From Octopus vulgaris (Eukaryota): DNA of 64,000 nt. Below the pieces are notes generated by a model. It was not told the DNA's origin, made no database searches, and saw nothing but the letters and a program-made list of their open reading frames with translations. Positions 63,851-64,000 of the stretch are shown in pieces (the stretch's first letter is position 1; every line of letters begins with the position of its first letter). The position numbers and the translations under genes were made by a program. Location of the stretch: positions 6,448,001 to 6,512,000 of the forward strand of contig OX597832.1 of NCBI GenBank assembly GCA_951406725.2. Direction: 5' to 3'.

Positions 63851-64000
63851 TTTTTCCTTGTGTAGTTGTCTTGTACTCTGTTTTTTCGTTGTTAAAGGAA
63901 TGGTCCGTTCCATGCTGTTTATTCGTTTCTCGTTGAGTTCTACGTCTATTTGTGGTGTCCTGTACACACGTATATATATTTATATATGCACGTATATATA

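Larger units (their letters stand above)
63340..64000. repeat. Inverted pair of a ribozyme-bearing repeat (Penelope pLTR-like)
   Basis: About 63340-63562 is the reverse complement of about 63772-63990. Flanks share motifs with 29015-29290 (cccctctgcaaa, ggaaggact, tgtcctgtac). Confidence 0.85.

Overview
AT-rich, repeat-dense animal DNA, most likely octopus (inferred from the SINE/RTE repertoire and microsatellite load). Host genes, all on the + strand: the last two exons of palmitoyl-protein thioesterase 1 (412-483, 1306-1431); two tandem single-coding-exon peptidase C45 (Tan-like / acyl-CoA:6-APA acyltransferase family) Ntn-hydrolases (22875-24068, 29863-31062); and the promoter and first coding exon (SH4, unique region, SH3) of a Src42A/Frk-like kinase (56040-56452), whose intron runs past the window end. 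The rest is nested mobile DNA: Helitron, L1/Tx1, R4/Dong, CR1, RTE, Penelope-like, Gypsy, Merlin and its MITEs, mariner, Meta- and CORE-type SINEs, foldback palindromes and microsatellites. Eight hammerhead-ribozyme-like motifs were found by eye. Three of them (29068-29144 +, 63484-63559 -, 63775-63850 +) have the three junction strands in a non-circularly permuted order, plus an extra helix supported by compensatory changes between copies. This is the most unusual signal in the window. All calls come from manual reading; no searches or folding programs were run.
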